Source of the DNA: Eledone cirrhosa
Lineage: Eukaryota
NCBI GenBank assembly: GCA_964016885.1
Contig: OZ024741.1
Span: 272,366,001-272,430,000, forward strand
Length of the DNA: 64,000 bases
Direction: 5' to 3'
The notes under the pieces are model-generated. The model worked only from the letters and a program-made list of their open reading frames with translations, was not told the DNA's origin and did no database searches. Shown here in pieces: positions 41,451 to 54,551 of the stretch. The translations under genes and the position numbers were made by a program. The first letter of the stretch is position 1; every line of letters begins with the position of its first letter.

Positions 41451-41765
41451 GTGTTGTATTTGGTCCTAGATGTATGTATTACCTGCCTGTGTGTTGTAGG
41501 TAGTCCTAGATGTATGTATTACCTGATTATGTGTTGTATGTGGTCCTAGATGTTTGTATTACCTGCTTATGTGTTGTATGTGGTCCTAAATGTATGTATT
41601 ACCTGTCTGTGTGTTGTATGTGGTCCTAGATGTGTGTGCTACCTCCTTATGTGTTGCATGTGGTCCTAGATGTGTGTATTACCTGCTTATGTGTTGTATG
41701 TGGTCCTAGATGTGTGTTTTACCTGCTTATGTGTTGTATGTGGTCCTAGATGTGTGTGCTACCCG
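41450..41765. repeat. 40-bp minisatellite, ~8 copies
   Basis: Unit TGGTCCTAGATGTRTGTATTACCTGCTTATGTGTTGTATG. Confidence 0.92.
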
Positions 41766-42371
41766 ATTCTGTGTTTTTTTTGTTTTTTTTATTTGTAATA
41801 TTATTTATACAATAGGAAATAAAATAGATCTACATAGTGTTAACTTGATGCGGTTGAGTCAATAATTTCAGGCATGAAATACATTGTTATCGGTGAAGGA
41901 AAGACAAGATTCTAGCTGGCTGCGCTTGAAGTGTCATTGACCCAGTTGACTGTGGGTTTTTCCATTGTTAGGATCTCAATTGCCGGTTAATGTCTAAACA
42001 CGCCTGCACACCTGCTCACAGCTGCGGTCAGCCCATAGTTATGCTGTCTGCATGCTCATTCAAATGCATTCACACTGGCTGTCTCAAAGACATTCAAATA
42101 TGGCTTATAAAACTTACCAAAGTAAAGAGCCTTCCAGTGCCTCCAAACCTACAAACTCCCCCTAATTCCCCCTTGCTCCCATAACGCCCCCTGGAGTTCC
42201 GAAACGCCCCCCCCCCTGGGGGTGCATATGCCCCCCGTTGAGAACCTTTGGTTTAGAATATATGAGCCCTCATTAAAAATTGTCCACACACATACACAGA
42301 CATACAGAAAACTAGATTTTTATATATATACAGATACAGATATTAAAACGAATAAAAATGTTTGACATGTT

Positions 42372-42454
<83 letters not shown>

Positions 42455-42707
42455 TGTAACGTTTTTCGAAATATTTACTTCTGCGTTCACAGATTGAATT
42501 TTTTAGTTTCAGAAGATCCCGTTAAGGGTGAAAGCAGAGATTCTTTGCTTAAACTTTAATCTGTTATTTTAATATATACTAGCAGAATGGCCCGGCGCTG
42601 CTCGGGATTTGCTCTAGGGTTCTTATATATATATATTTATCCTTATCGAGCCTCGTGAAATAAATACGTTTGTTTTTTGTTATTGTGTATGCAAAAATAT
42701 CTGCACA

Positions 42708-42798
<91 letters not shown>

Positions 42799-42846
42799 AA
42801 TAATGGAGCTGCGGCGTTGCAAATGGGTTACATATAAAAAAGGGGG

Positions 42847-42950
42847 GAGTCCTTCATCAGTGACCCTCCAACCGTCCCAGGCATTTCATCGCTTTAAGGG
42901 CCATATACCTCAGGTTGGTGCGAACAACGGCTAAAAAAAGTCGTTGGGAC
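42847..42950 (-). ncRNA. Candidate non-circularly permuted hammerhead (copy 1)
   Basis: Reverse complement of 43857-43960. Confidence 0.7.
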
Positions 42951-43478
42951 ACGTAAATAAAGAGAACGTTAGGGTGAACAAACAAAATGGTTTAAGCAAC
43001 AGAAAGTGAGAGGAAAGAGACAAGTCCCAGATTTCTATGAATATAAACTCGATAAAATCGTGAACTACTAGAGAATAAAGACCATCAGACCTGGTTGAAA
43101 TGTGAGCAAGGAAGGAATTTCGCACAGGTCTAACGGGAGGAAGAAGAAGAAGGGGTCTGGTCTGCGAATTCGGTAAACATAAGTTCTGTGAAGACGCAGA
43201 CGAGAGAGAGAGAGAAAAAAAATTCATACCGGCTTGGCCAAGAGTGCGCGAGAAAAGAAATCGGACAGGTCAAGCGGGAAGAAAGAGGAGTGGAGGAGAG
43301 GTAGTGACAGGGTATGAGTGAGTGAAAGTTGAGGAAGAGGCTAACAGAGAGAGAGACTGCTAGAAAGGGTAAAGATACAAAGAGAGAAACAGACGGGTGG
43401 CAGCAGAGGAAAAATATGTGTAAATATGATAATAATGGAGCTGCGGCGTTGCAAATGGGTTACATATAAAAAAGGGGG

Positions 43479-43582
43479 GAGTCCTTCATCAGTGACCCTC
43501 CAACCGTCCCAGGCATTTCATCGCTTTAAGGGCCATATACCTCAGGTTGGTGCGAACAACGGCTAAAAAAAGTCGTTGGGAC
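43479..43582 (-). ncRNA. Candidate non-circularly permuted hammerhead (copy 2)
   Basis: Reverse complement of 43857-43960. Confidence 0.7.
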
Positions 43583-43856
43583 ACGTAAATAAAGAGAACG
43601 TTAGGGTGAACAAACAAAATGGTTTAAGCAACAGAAAGTGAGAGGAAAGAGACAAGTCCCAGATTTCTATGAATATAAACTCGATAAAATCGTGAACTAC
43701 TAGAGAATAAAGACCATCAGACCTGGTTGAAATGTGAGCAAGGAAGGAATTTTATCGAGTTTATATTCATAGAAATCTGGGACTTGTCTCTTTCCTCTCA
43801 CTTTCTGTTGCTTAAACCATTTTGTTTGTTCACCCTAACGTTCTCTTTATTTACGT

Positions 43857-43960
43857 GTCCCAACGACTTTTTTTAGCCGTTGTTCGCACCAACCTGAGGT
43901 ATATGGCCCTTAAAGCGATGAAATGCCTGGGACGGTTGGAGGGTCACTGATGAAGGACTC
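43857..43960 (+). ncRNA. Candidate non-circularly permuted hammerhead (copy 3)
   Basis: Order is AGGUA-UA-UGGCCCU ... U-GAAA-UGCCU ... AGGGUCA-CUGAUGA-A. Helices covary with 53271-53373. Predicted cleavage after 43903. Confidence 0.72.
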
Positions 43961-44492
43961 CCCCCTTTTTTATATGTAACCCATTTGCAACGCCGCAGCT
44001 CCATTATTATCATATTTACACATATTTTTTCCTCTGCTGCCACCCGTCTGTTTCTCTCTTTGTATCTTTACCCTTTCTAGCAGTCTCTCTCTCTGTTAGC
44101 CTCTTCCTCAACTTTCACTCACTCATACCCTGTCACTACCTCTCCTTCACTCCTCTTTCTTCCCGCTTGACCTGTCCGATTTCTTTTCTCGCGCACTCTT
44201 GGCCAAGCCGGTATGAATTTTTTTTCTCTCTCTCTCTCGTCTGCGTCTTCACAGAACTTATGTTTACCGAATTCGCAGACCAGACCCCTTCTTCTTCTTC
44301 CTCCCGCCGTTAGACCTGTGCGAAATTCCTTCCTTGCTCACATTTCAACCAGGTCTGATGGTCTTTATTCTCTAGTAGTTCACGATTTTATCGAGTTTAT
44401 ATTCATAGAAATCTGGGACTTGTCTCTTTCCTCTCACTTTCTGTTGCTTAAACCATTTTGTTTGTTCACCCTAACGTTCTCTTTATTTACGT

Positions 44493-44596
44493 GTCCCAAC
44501 GACTTTTTTTAGCCGTTGTTCGCACCAACCTGAGGTATATGGCCCTTAAAGCGATGAAATGCCTGGGACGGTTGGAGGGTCACTGATGAAGGACTC
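44493..44596 (+). ncRNA. Candidate non-circularly permuted hammerhead (copy 4)
   Basis: Identical to copy 3. Predicted cleavage after 44539. Confidence 0.72.
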
Positions 44597-44600
44597 CCCC

Positions 44601-44646
<46 letters not shown>

Positions 44647-45443
44647 TAACAGATTAAAGTTTAAGCAAAAATCGCAGCTTTCACCCTTAACGGAATCTTC
44701 TGAAACTAAAAAAATCAATCTGTGAACGCAGAAGTAAATATTTCGAAAAACGTTACACTCTCTCTCTATATATATATATACACACACTATATATACATAT
44801 ATACACACATACACATATAGGGTCATAATGTCGTAATGCAGAGAGTCAGATATCCATACATATATTATAAGGACGCACGTTATATCTATCTATCTAAAAG
44901 GAAAGACTAAGAATTATAGACAATATCACTAAATCGCCTCGGGCATTGAACATTTGAAATTGTTTTTGCTCAAAACACTCACAGGACCATAAGTATTACA
45001 TGTGTAAAGTTTGAAAACAATCGGTTGGGTGGTTCTCGAGTTTTAGGGAGTCAGACAGACATTCTCTGTTTTAGATATATAGATATATATATAATTATAT
45101 ATTCGTGTACAGATATTTCTGCATACACAATAACAAAATATAAACAAACGTATTTATTTCACGAGGCTCGATAAGGATAAATATATATCAAATATATAAT
45201 AACCCTAGAGCAAATCCCGAGCAACGCCGGGCCGTTCTGCTAGTTTCCCTTTAAAGTTTTATTGTTGCAAAAAACACTGTATATGTCAATGATCTGGTTA
45301 CGCAAGATTTTGGTGACATCATCAGGTTGGGATTGTATAATTAGTTAAGAAAGGAATTACGACACACACAAACAGAGAATACAGAAAACTTTGATTCGGA
45401 GATGGCCCGCGAAATAGATGTTATCGTTGCAGCAGCACATCTA

Positions 45444-45680
<237 letters not shown>

Positions 45681-45797
45681 AAATATTTATATTCTGCTCT
45701 GTATTGAGTACCTTACTTACTGTGGTTACACCCGATTGAACCCGGGATAAACTTATCTATCTATCTATCTATCTAACTATTTCTCTCTCTCTATATA

Positions 45798-45892
<95 letters not shown>

Positions 45893-46761
45893 GGTGTGTG
45901 TGTGTGTGTATATATTTATACACACACACATATATATATACATACACACATATATATATGTATACATACATACACACACACATATATATATATGTATGAT
46001 GCTGTATGTCCATAATTCTCATCAAGAAAAAAAGTGATGTCCATGGGCCCTAAATCCTCGTCAGATCACTAATCGGAAGTTGGCTACCGAGCCTCAGCTC
46101 TTCCACCTTCATTACAAAGATGAAGCCGTTGGCCACTTGTAAGGAGTCCTATCTACACCGGTTTTTACACCACAGTCATCCTTCGTCTAGACATACTGTC
46201 AACCAAGGCAAACGAACTCTGTCGAGTTTTTTTAATCATCATTTTCTTTTTAGTTTTTGATGTGCAACTATCAACATAATATTACAAATAGGAAGAGAAA
46301 AATAGAAAGAAGAAATAAAGAGAAAAAAACACATAAGCAGGTAATACATACATCTAGGATTACATATAACAAAAAAGTAGGCGAAAGGGGTGGACAAACG
46401 AACCGCTGCCAGAGAAAAAGATAACAAAATCGTGAGGGTCATTGGGAAACCTCTCAAATAATTTTTGAGGCAAGCCAGCATGCTCGCAGTGTTACCTCGA
46501 GTGATGGTGAGGCTGATGCACTGGAACTGCCAAGCGCCTTCACGAGGTTTTTGACGACCTTTGACCCTTCTGAGTCCTCCCGATCTTTGTCAGGTTTTGT
46601 TTTTCATCTCGCAGAGTTTTCAAAAATCACCCTCCTCACCAAGCAAGTTTGCTGGGAAGTTGCCGGTTTTGTCGCCACATCGAAACAGTATCAAAATATA
46701 ACACCCATCAATCTTCATCGTACCATGAACGTCTATTTTAACTTACAACAATTTACTCCAG

Positions 46762-46942
46762 CCTGGCAGTATCGGTAGAGGGTCGGACGCCATGCTTTCC
46801 AGCATAGTTACGTCCCTTTACGATCTGAGTTCAAATCCCGCCGAGGTTGACTTTGCCTTTCATCCTTACGGGGTCGATAAAATAAAGTACCAGTAATGCA
46901 CTGGGTAATTACTGGCCTAGTGCCTAAAGTAGAAACAATTAT
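46762..46942 (+). mobile_element. tRNA-derived SINE, second family
   Basis: B box GAGTTCAAATCCC, then GCCTTTCATCCTTACGGGGTCGATAAAAT. Copies at ~17440-17560 (+), 47365-47547 (-) and 51333-51522 (-). Confidence 0.78.
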
Positions 46943-48177
46943 CTATAAAATATTTTTTATCTCGAACTGGACAACGACCATCTACTTGGAACTGATGTCA
47001 ACCTTTAGAAAAAAAAAAAAAAAATCCACAGAGACACTTGGTCACCAGTAATAAGTTCACGACGTAAGCATCATAATGCAAATGCTAGAACGAATAAAGC
47101 CATTATCTCTTAACCCAGTCTGTGCTGCACTTCGAACTGAGGAGGTTAAACTCTTCAAATATTAGTCGCTCTCAGACAGGCTTGCAGTTGAGTCCGTAAC
47201 AGTGGAGACTTCTGGTGTCCTTGTCCCTAGGGTCACCTCCCTACTCACCACCATCGGCACAAAGTTGGCTACCCGCAACTCCATCCTCCAGTGAAACATC
47301 TTTTCTATTTTGTCCGCCGCGGGCCACGGGGTGGCCAGCGCGTGGGCCCCCATTTACTCATAATAATTGTTTCTATTTTTGGAACAAGGCCAGCAATTAC
47401 CCAGTGCATTACTGGTACTTTATTTTATCGACCCCGTAAGGATGAAAGGCAAAGTTAACCTCGGCAGGATTTGAACTCAGAACGTAAAGAGCCGTGACTC
47501 CTATGTTGCAAAGCATGGTGTCTGACCCTTTACCGATACTGCCAATCTGAGAAATGGGGAGAGCGGGAGAGACGGAGGCGCTAACAGTGGGAGTTTGGTT
47601 CCTCTGTGTTCGGACTTGGTGTACATGTGTGTGTGACTGATTTATTTGTACAACGATATTAATTCAATTGTATCTCTTAAATATGCAATGATTACAAATA
47701 TCTAAGCTCAACCGTAATATTAAGACACGCCTTCTACAGACCACAAAACTTATAGCATATGCCACATGTTGATTATTACGAGTTACACCTCAGCAATATA
47801 ATCGCTTGGTCTCACTACGCTGATTGACCTACTACCATTATCAAAAATATCCCACTAATTCTCGAACGCTGATTGGTCCTCTACTGCCGTACCTTGATAT
47901 TGCTTAATCTGTAAAAACTGCCCAACTTTCGCACCAAATTTTATTTATCTTCTGAGGAACTGCGAAATGTGTATTTTTCAACAAAGTGTTCAGTAGTTTT
48001 GTGAATTATATAATTCAATCTAGACTCAAACAAGTCATACGCAATTATAGCGAAACACGTGTAAAGGATTACTAATAAATGAAACAAACAACTCCGCAGT
48101 CTCTGTGATAACTCCACTATTCTCTGCTCATTACACACACACATAAGTCAATTGCATGAACTCATAATCCTTTATTT

Positions 48178-48233
48178 ACTGCTATATATATTTCGATGAT
48201 AGCCATTGAATGGCTATGACCTCATCAGGCAGT
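48178..48233 (-). ncRNA. Type I hammerhead ribozyme
   Basis: ACUGC-CUGAUGA-GGU-C-AUAGCCAU(UCA)AUGGCUAU-C-AUC-GAAA-UAUAUA-UA-GCAGU. Stem II covaries with the 9644 copy. Confidence 0.85.
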
Positions 48234-49333
48234 TAGTCAGTTCTTAGATATGCCAGCTCTGTGTTTATAGTGTTGATGGTATCAGAGCCTTTGGACATAT
48301 GAGCTTGTTAGGAATAATTTAATGTTGTCAGCAGGAATAGTCTTGATTCTCATTGGTCAGTTTGTAGATGGTAGTAGGGTTGGTATTTGACCTCAAAGAG
48401 GCAGGTGGTGTTTTAAAGTTCAAACCGTCAGGCAAGATGACAATAGTTCCACATGACTGATTTTCACAAAAAGCATTCCTGGTCAGATATATATTCAACT
48501 AAGGTTAATAGTATGAAGTAGATACTACAAGTCATTCTTAAATTGAGGAATTTATGTGGAGTGGTGCTACTGAAATTTATGGTTGGAGTAGAAAATTTAC
48601 AAATAAAAAGACTTATGTAGGTTGGCTTACACTACACTCACCCCCCCCCCCCTCCAGACACACACACACATCCACACATACAAAATGCGGGGTGGTAATA
48701 CTTAAAATAATGGTTAGAGTCCAATACTTAGATAGTTTAGAATATTTAGAAATAAAAGGTTTATGCTGGTTGACTTGTACATACACTCACACCTACCCCA
48801 CTCAGACACTCACACATCTACACACACAAATCCATACAGGTGTATACATATATATATGTATGCATGTATGTACGCACAAGTATACATATATATAAATAAA
48901 ATATATATATATATACACAGAACATACATATATATAAAATACATACGTATAAAAATATAAAAAATATATATATACATAAAATACACACATACATAAAATA
49001 TATACACACATAAAACATACATACATATATATATATAAAATACACATACACATACATATATATATAAAATATATTCATATATATACATACATATATATAA
49101 AATACACATATATACACATATAAAATACATATATATATACACATGATATATATATATACATATATATATAAAATCAGGTTCAATAAAACGTGGTTTAGAT
49201 GACTCCTAACCAGTAGAGGATCCGGTGGACCATCCACCATAGGGACCATAAACTATGGGTGGTTGTTGTTGTCCATTGGTCATTGGTACGGGGTGCAGGG
49301 GACCAACAGGGGAGGGGGGCTGTAACCGGGGTT

Positions 49334-49493
49334 TATCCATATAGCTTGAGGAAAGTTCCCGTCCTTAGGTGTCTGCAGGCACCGAATAAGTCGGCCCTTC
49401 TGTTTAATAGCTTGGTTCCGCCATGAAGAATCTCGAGTGTCTCACTAAGACAGAGGTTGCAAATACCAGACCCGCCTCTGTCTGGGGGAACCA
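49334..49493 (-). pseudogene. C-terminal GIY-YIG fragment of another Hydra-type PLE
   Basis: Manual translation gives GGSGICNLCLSETLEILHGGTKLLNRRADLFGACRH. Confidence 0.75.
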
Positions 49494-49507
49494 TGTATAT
49501 ATATATA

Positions 49508-50410
49508 ATAGCAGTGGTACCCGGCGTTGCACGGGATAAGGTATTTTGGAACGTGGGCCGCCAACAGACCTAATCGTGGAAAAACTGCATGCCTGGACAA
49601 TATGTAAAGAAAATAAACCGAATACTCTGATGGCTGGATAATCTTTAAGATTTTACTCGATGAAGCAGGGAAATGCAGGTTTTCACCTAATGCGGGCCCT
49701 AGGGGTTCAAGAAAATGAATTTTTTTTTTATGTGCATAATATGCCTTGAAATTTCGGGAAAATCGGCTAGACGTAACGCCTCAAAAAAGTCTTAAAAAGC
49801 TGAAAAAATGAAGTTTTTCACCTAGGCCATAAAAAAGTTGGGTTTTCTTTGCTCACGGTATGAAGAAGAGACTCACTAATACATAGTTACAATTTAAAGG
49901 AAATCGGTCTGACGTAACGCCTCAAAAAAACCCCTAAAAACCTGAAAAAAAACGCAGTTTTTCACCTAATGGATCAAAAAGTTGAATTTTTTAATGTGCA
50001 TAAGACTCCCGGAAACATAAGTAATACACATGTAAAGTTTGAAAAAAGTCGGTTGGGTAGTTATCGAGTTTTAGGGATTCAAACTCACACACACACACAG
50101 ACAGACATCCTCAGGGAAGTGACGTAATGCAGACAGCCAGGCATACAGACAGATATTATAAGGGCGCGATGTTATATGTATGTATCTATCTAAAAAGAGA
50201 AAGATTAAGAATGATAGAAAGAGATCGCTAAATCACCTAATGCGGTCCCTAGGGCATTGAAAATTTGAATTTTTTTTTAGCTCAGAACACTCCCTGAAAC
50301 ATAAGTATTACATGTGTAAAGTTTGAAAACAGTCGGTAGGGTGTTTCTTGAGTTTTAGGGATTCAAACTCACACACACACACACAAACATCCTCAGTTTT
50401 ATATATATAG
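49508..50410 (-). mobile_element. Non-autonomous Helitron with internal subrepeats
   Basis: CCCGGCGTTGCACGGG hairpin at the left, TTTTATATATATAGA at the right. Homologous to 19846-20150 and 44820-45082. Confidence 0.65.
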
Positions 50411-50949
50411 ACTAGCAGAAAACCACCCGGTGGGCGGTTTTCTGCTAGCAAATCTAGTGTATATACTGATATTCTTGAGATTTGGATGAGAAATGTTTTC
50501 GGCACCACATGTTCACCGTCTCTCGGTGTGTCTTTTATGCATGTATAAATATATATGTTATCTATACGGTGAAATCTTTGAAATAAATATATGTTAAAAC
50601 GAAAAAGGAGAAAAAGAGATTAGTGACGGAAATATAAACGTTATGATACATAAACGTTATGATATAACGATGGAAATATATCTTCAAATGGTCCTTGGCA
50701 TGGTGTCAAGTCAGAACCGCCTCGAACTGGTTACTTCTGGCTTGTGCAAGGTGTCTCTATAGCAACCAGCGATTCCCTCGGCCTCAGCGACCAAAGTCAG
50801 TGGAGAGGGAAAGGTAATGTTTCTATAGCGACAGTGTTTCTCTTGGTAGTACCAAAGTGGAGAAAGGAAGGGGAAGGTAATATTTCTGTAGCACCTACAT
50901 TTGAGTTTTAGGGAAGGACAGACAGACAGACAAACAGAGAAATGCCCAT

Positions 50950-50956
50950 ATATTTC

Positions 50957-51027
<71 letters not shown>

Positions 51028-51053
51028 CACACACAGAAATGTATATATATTTC

Positions 51054-51086
<33 letters not shown>

Positions 51087-51805
51087 TACACACAGAGAAA
51101 GGTATATATATTTCTGTGTGTATATATATATATTACACACACAGAAATGTATATATATTTCTGTGTGTGTATATATATATATTACACACACAGAAATGTA
51201 TATATATTTCTTAGAACAAAATTATTATTAATGTTTTGCTGTTCATAACAATTGGAATTGAAAAAATTACTTTTGAAATTATTAGTTATTTTACTAATGC
51301 TTAGATATGTAAAAATGAAGCAATGTTTCTAATAATTGTTTCTACTTTTGGCACAAGGCCAGCAATTACCCAGTACATTACTGGTACTTTATTTTATCGA
51401 CCCCGTGAGGATGAAAGGCAAAGTTAACCTCGGCGGTATTTGAACTCAGACCGTAAAGGGACGTAACTCCATGCTATGAAGCATGGTGTCCGACTCTCTA
51501 CAGATTCTGCCAATCCACCGCCCTAATGTCTGTACGTAATGAGGGAGTGAGAGGGGAGAGAAAGAAAGGCAGATGTGAAGTGACGAAGTGACTCTCTCCT
51601 CCTCCTCCATCTCCCCATTCGTCACAGCGATAGAGGGGGGAATGTTAGTGTGTTACAAAGAGAAAGAGTGAGAGTGAGAGAAACAGACAGACTAAAAGAG
51701 AGGGATAGCTGGAGAGAGAGAGAGAGAGAGATAGCAACAGATACAGAAGCTAAGGGATGTATATATATTTCTGTGTGTATATATATATACATTTCTGTGT
51801 GTGTA

Positions 51806-51838
<33 letters not shown>

Positions 51839-51866
51839 GAAATATATATACATTTCTGTGTGTGTA

Positions 51867-51899
<33 letters not shown>

Positions 51900-52580
51900 A
51901 ATATATATATATATATATATATATTACACACACAGAAATGTATATATATTTCTGTGTGTGTATATATATATATATATTACACACACAGAAATGTATATAT
52001 ATTTCTGTGTATATATATATATATATATATATTACACACAGAGAAATGTATATATATTTCTGTGTGTGTATATATATATATTACACACACAGAAATGTAT
52101 ATATATTTCTGTGTGTATATATATATATTTCTGTGTGTGTATATATATATATATTACACACACACAGAAATGTATATATGTTTCTGTAGCACTCCTCAAT
52201 TCCACCCTCTCTCCCTCCCGCTATCCCCCTCTTGTGGTCTGTCTCTTTCTTTCACTCTCACTCTCTCTCTCTACGCGTCGCGTGCGCAAAAAACATTCGC
52301 GTGCGCAAAAAATATTCGCACGCGCGCACGTGTTTCCACTGTCGGACAGACAGACAGAGAAATTGCTGGTTATATATTATAAGGAGACTAGCAGAAAACC
52401 ACCCACCGGGTGGTTTTCTGCTAGTATATATATATATATTACACACACAGAAATGTATATATATTTCTGTGTGTATATATATATATATATATATTACACA
52501 CACAGAAATGTATATATATTTTTGTGTGTATATATATATATTTCTGTGTGTGTATATATATATATATATATATTACACAC
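50950..52580. repeat. Two blocks (50950-51210, 51760-52580) of a palindromic compound satellite
   Basis: Unit ATTTCTGTGTGTG-(TA)n-TTACACACACAGAAATGTATAT. Confidence 0.85.
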
Positions 52581-52889
52581 ACAGAGAAATGTATATATGT
52601 TTCTGTAGCACTCCTCAATTCCCCCCTCTCTCCCTCCCGCTATCCCCCTCTCGTAGTCTGTCTCTTTCTTTCACTCTCACTCTCTCTCTACGCACGTGTT
52701 TCCACTGTCGGACAGACAGACAGACAGACAGAGAAATTGCTGGTTATATATATAAGTAGATATATCAAGAGCGTGAAACTAATAAACCTTTGTTTGTACT
52801 GCCTCTCTGTTTTCGTTCCCGTTCCAATTTTCACTATATACATATATATATATATTTAGATATAGCGAAAACAATTTTTTAATTACATT

Positions 52890-53000
<111 letters not shown>

Positions 53001-53270
53001 GTCAGTTAACACTTTCTCTCTACTGACCTCTTCCTCACACTTCCACTCACTCACTCACTGTTTCTCCCCTTCTCACTTCACCCCGTTCGCGACGAAAACA
53101 ATTTCCTTCTTTCTTACATTGGATTCATCTCGAAAGGTCTATTTTCTACGTGCTCATATATTCACCCAGCTTATGCTGATAGAATAACTATGTAGCTTGT
53201 GCCTCTTCCTATCTACGGTTAGCTTTCCTCTTTGTTGTTATTTGTCTCACTCGCTTTACGCGTTTTAATT

Positions 53271-53373
53271 GTCCTAATAACTTAATTTAGTTATGATTGC
53301 ACCAACGTGAGGTATATGATTTTTAATGCAATGAAATATCTATGATCGTTGGCAAATCACTGATGAGGGACTC
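53271..53373 (+). ncRNA. Diverged homologue of the non-circularly permuted hammerhead, within element ~53000-53425
   Basis: AGGUA-UA-UGAUUU ... U-GAAA-UAUCU ... AAAUCA-CUGAUGA-G. Core invariant, stems compensated. Predicted cleavage after 53316. Confidence 0.72.
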
Positions 53374-53427
53374 ATTTTATAACATGTTATCCATGTGCAA
53401 CCTGCAGTATTCTTCTCCCCATTTTTT

Positions 53428-53520
<93 letters not shown>

Positions 53521-53825
53521 TATAAGATATATATATATATATATGTTAATAACCTGATCTCAGTTTGACAATCGCCACCGATGAATGCAAGAAAGTTCTC
53601 CAGGAATCTTTAAAATTCTTCCCACCGAAGTTAACAAGGAACTTACTAGATCTACCAACTCATATTATTATAATATTATAAAGTATATCATATTATAAAG
53701 TACCAGTAATACACTGGATTAATTGCTGGCCTTGTGCCAAAAGTAGAAACAATTATTATAATATTATAAAATTAAATCAAATTATTTAGAACTACAAGTG
53801 AAGTCATTCTTTTTCTTTTTTTTTC

Positions 53826-53913
<88 letters not shown>

Positions 53914-53916
<3 letters not shown>

Positions 53917-54378
53917 AACGATGGATATGGATAGTTGGTAACGAAGTTATTAGTGGTGGTTGTTAGATGAAAGAAGAAGAATAGCTGATTTACTTTATAT
54001 ATAAAAAAGTTTACTTCACTTCAGTCAAAAAGAACAATGAACAAGTTACCACGAGTTGCGAAGTTTGACAATGTTATTTTGTTGTTGGTTCATGAGGCTG
54101 GTGTAGTCTGAGACCATAGAGAGAGAGAGAGAGAGTAATGGTCTGTAGACCTCTGCGACCTGTAGTAGGCGGTGAATCTTTCACTTAGCTTGTAATAGTG
54201 TACTACTCCGATCGCTCAGTGTTAGACGTGGGATCATACAGGCTTTATATACCTGTCGCTTTCTGTCTCACACCTCGAGGGATCGCCCACGCATGAACCT
54301 GTCCACACCGAAAAGGATGGTGGCCTAGAATTTGATTTTTAGGTATCACCCAAGGTTCAAGGCGTGGACAGATTTCGC

Positions 54379-54383
<5 letters not shown>
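53914..54383 (-). mobile_element. Solo LTR-like element
   Basis: TG...CA termini and a TATAAA box on the minus strand. A diverged partial copy starts TGTAGCGAAAT at 61300-61560 (+). Confidence 0.55.
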
Positions 54384-54434
<51 letters not shown>

Positions 54435-54483
54435 AAACTCAGATTACACTTATTATATTTACCCATGTAGAGCGAAATTTATT

Positions 54484-54551
<68 letters not shown>

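Larger units (their letters stand above)
38946..42250 (-). mobile_element. hAT (Buster/Charlie-like) DNA transposon, decayed, nested in a Helitron-like element (~38391-42332)
   Basis: TIRs CACAGGTTCTCAAC / GTTGAGAACCTTTG. 8-bp TSD GTTTAGAA (38938-38945 and 42251-42258) with central TA. Confidence 0.9.
42795..44605. mobile_element. Retrozyme-like tandem + inverted array of a ~635-bp non-coding unit
   Basis: 1.5 units on the minus strand (period 632), inversion at ~43752, then 1.35 units on the plus strand (period 636). (TA)n on both sides. Four copies of a rearranged HHR motif. Confidence 0.8.

Noticed and set aside
41450-41765. CRISPR array
   Set aside because: Plain 40-bp minisatellite without spacers.
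43857-43945. Alternative pairing GUCCCA/UGGGAC forming a triple pseudoknot
   Set aside because: UGGGAC is not conserved in the 53271 homologue (UAUGAU), whereas GUCC pairing with the GGAC after CUGAUGA-R is conserved.
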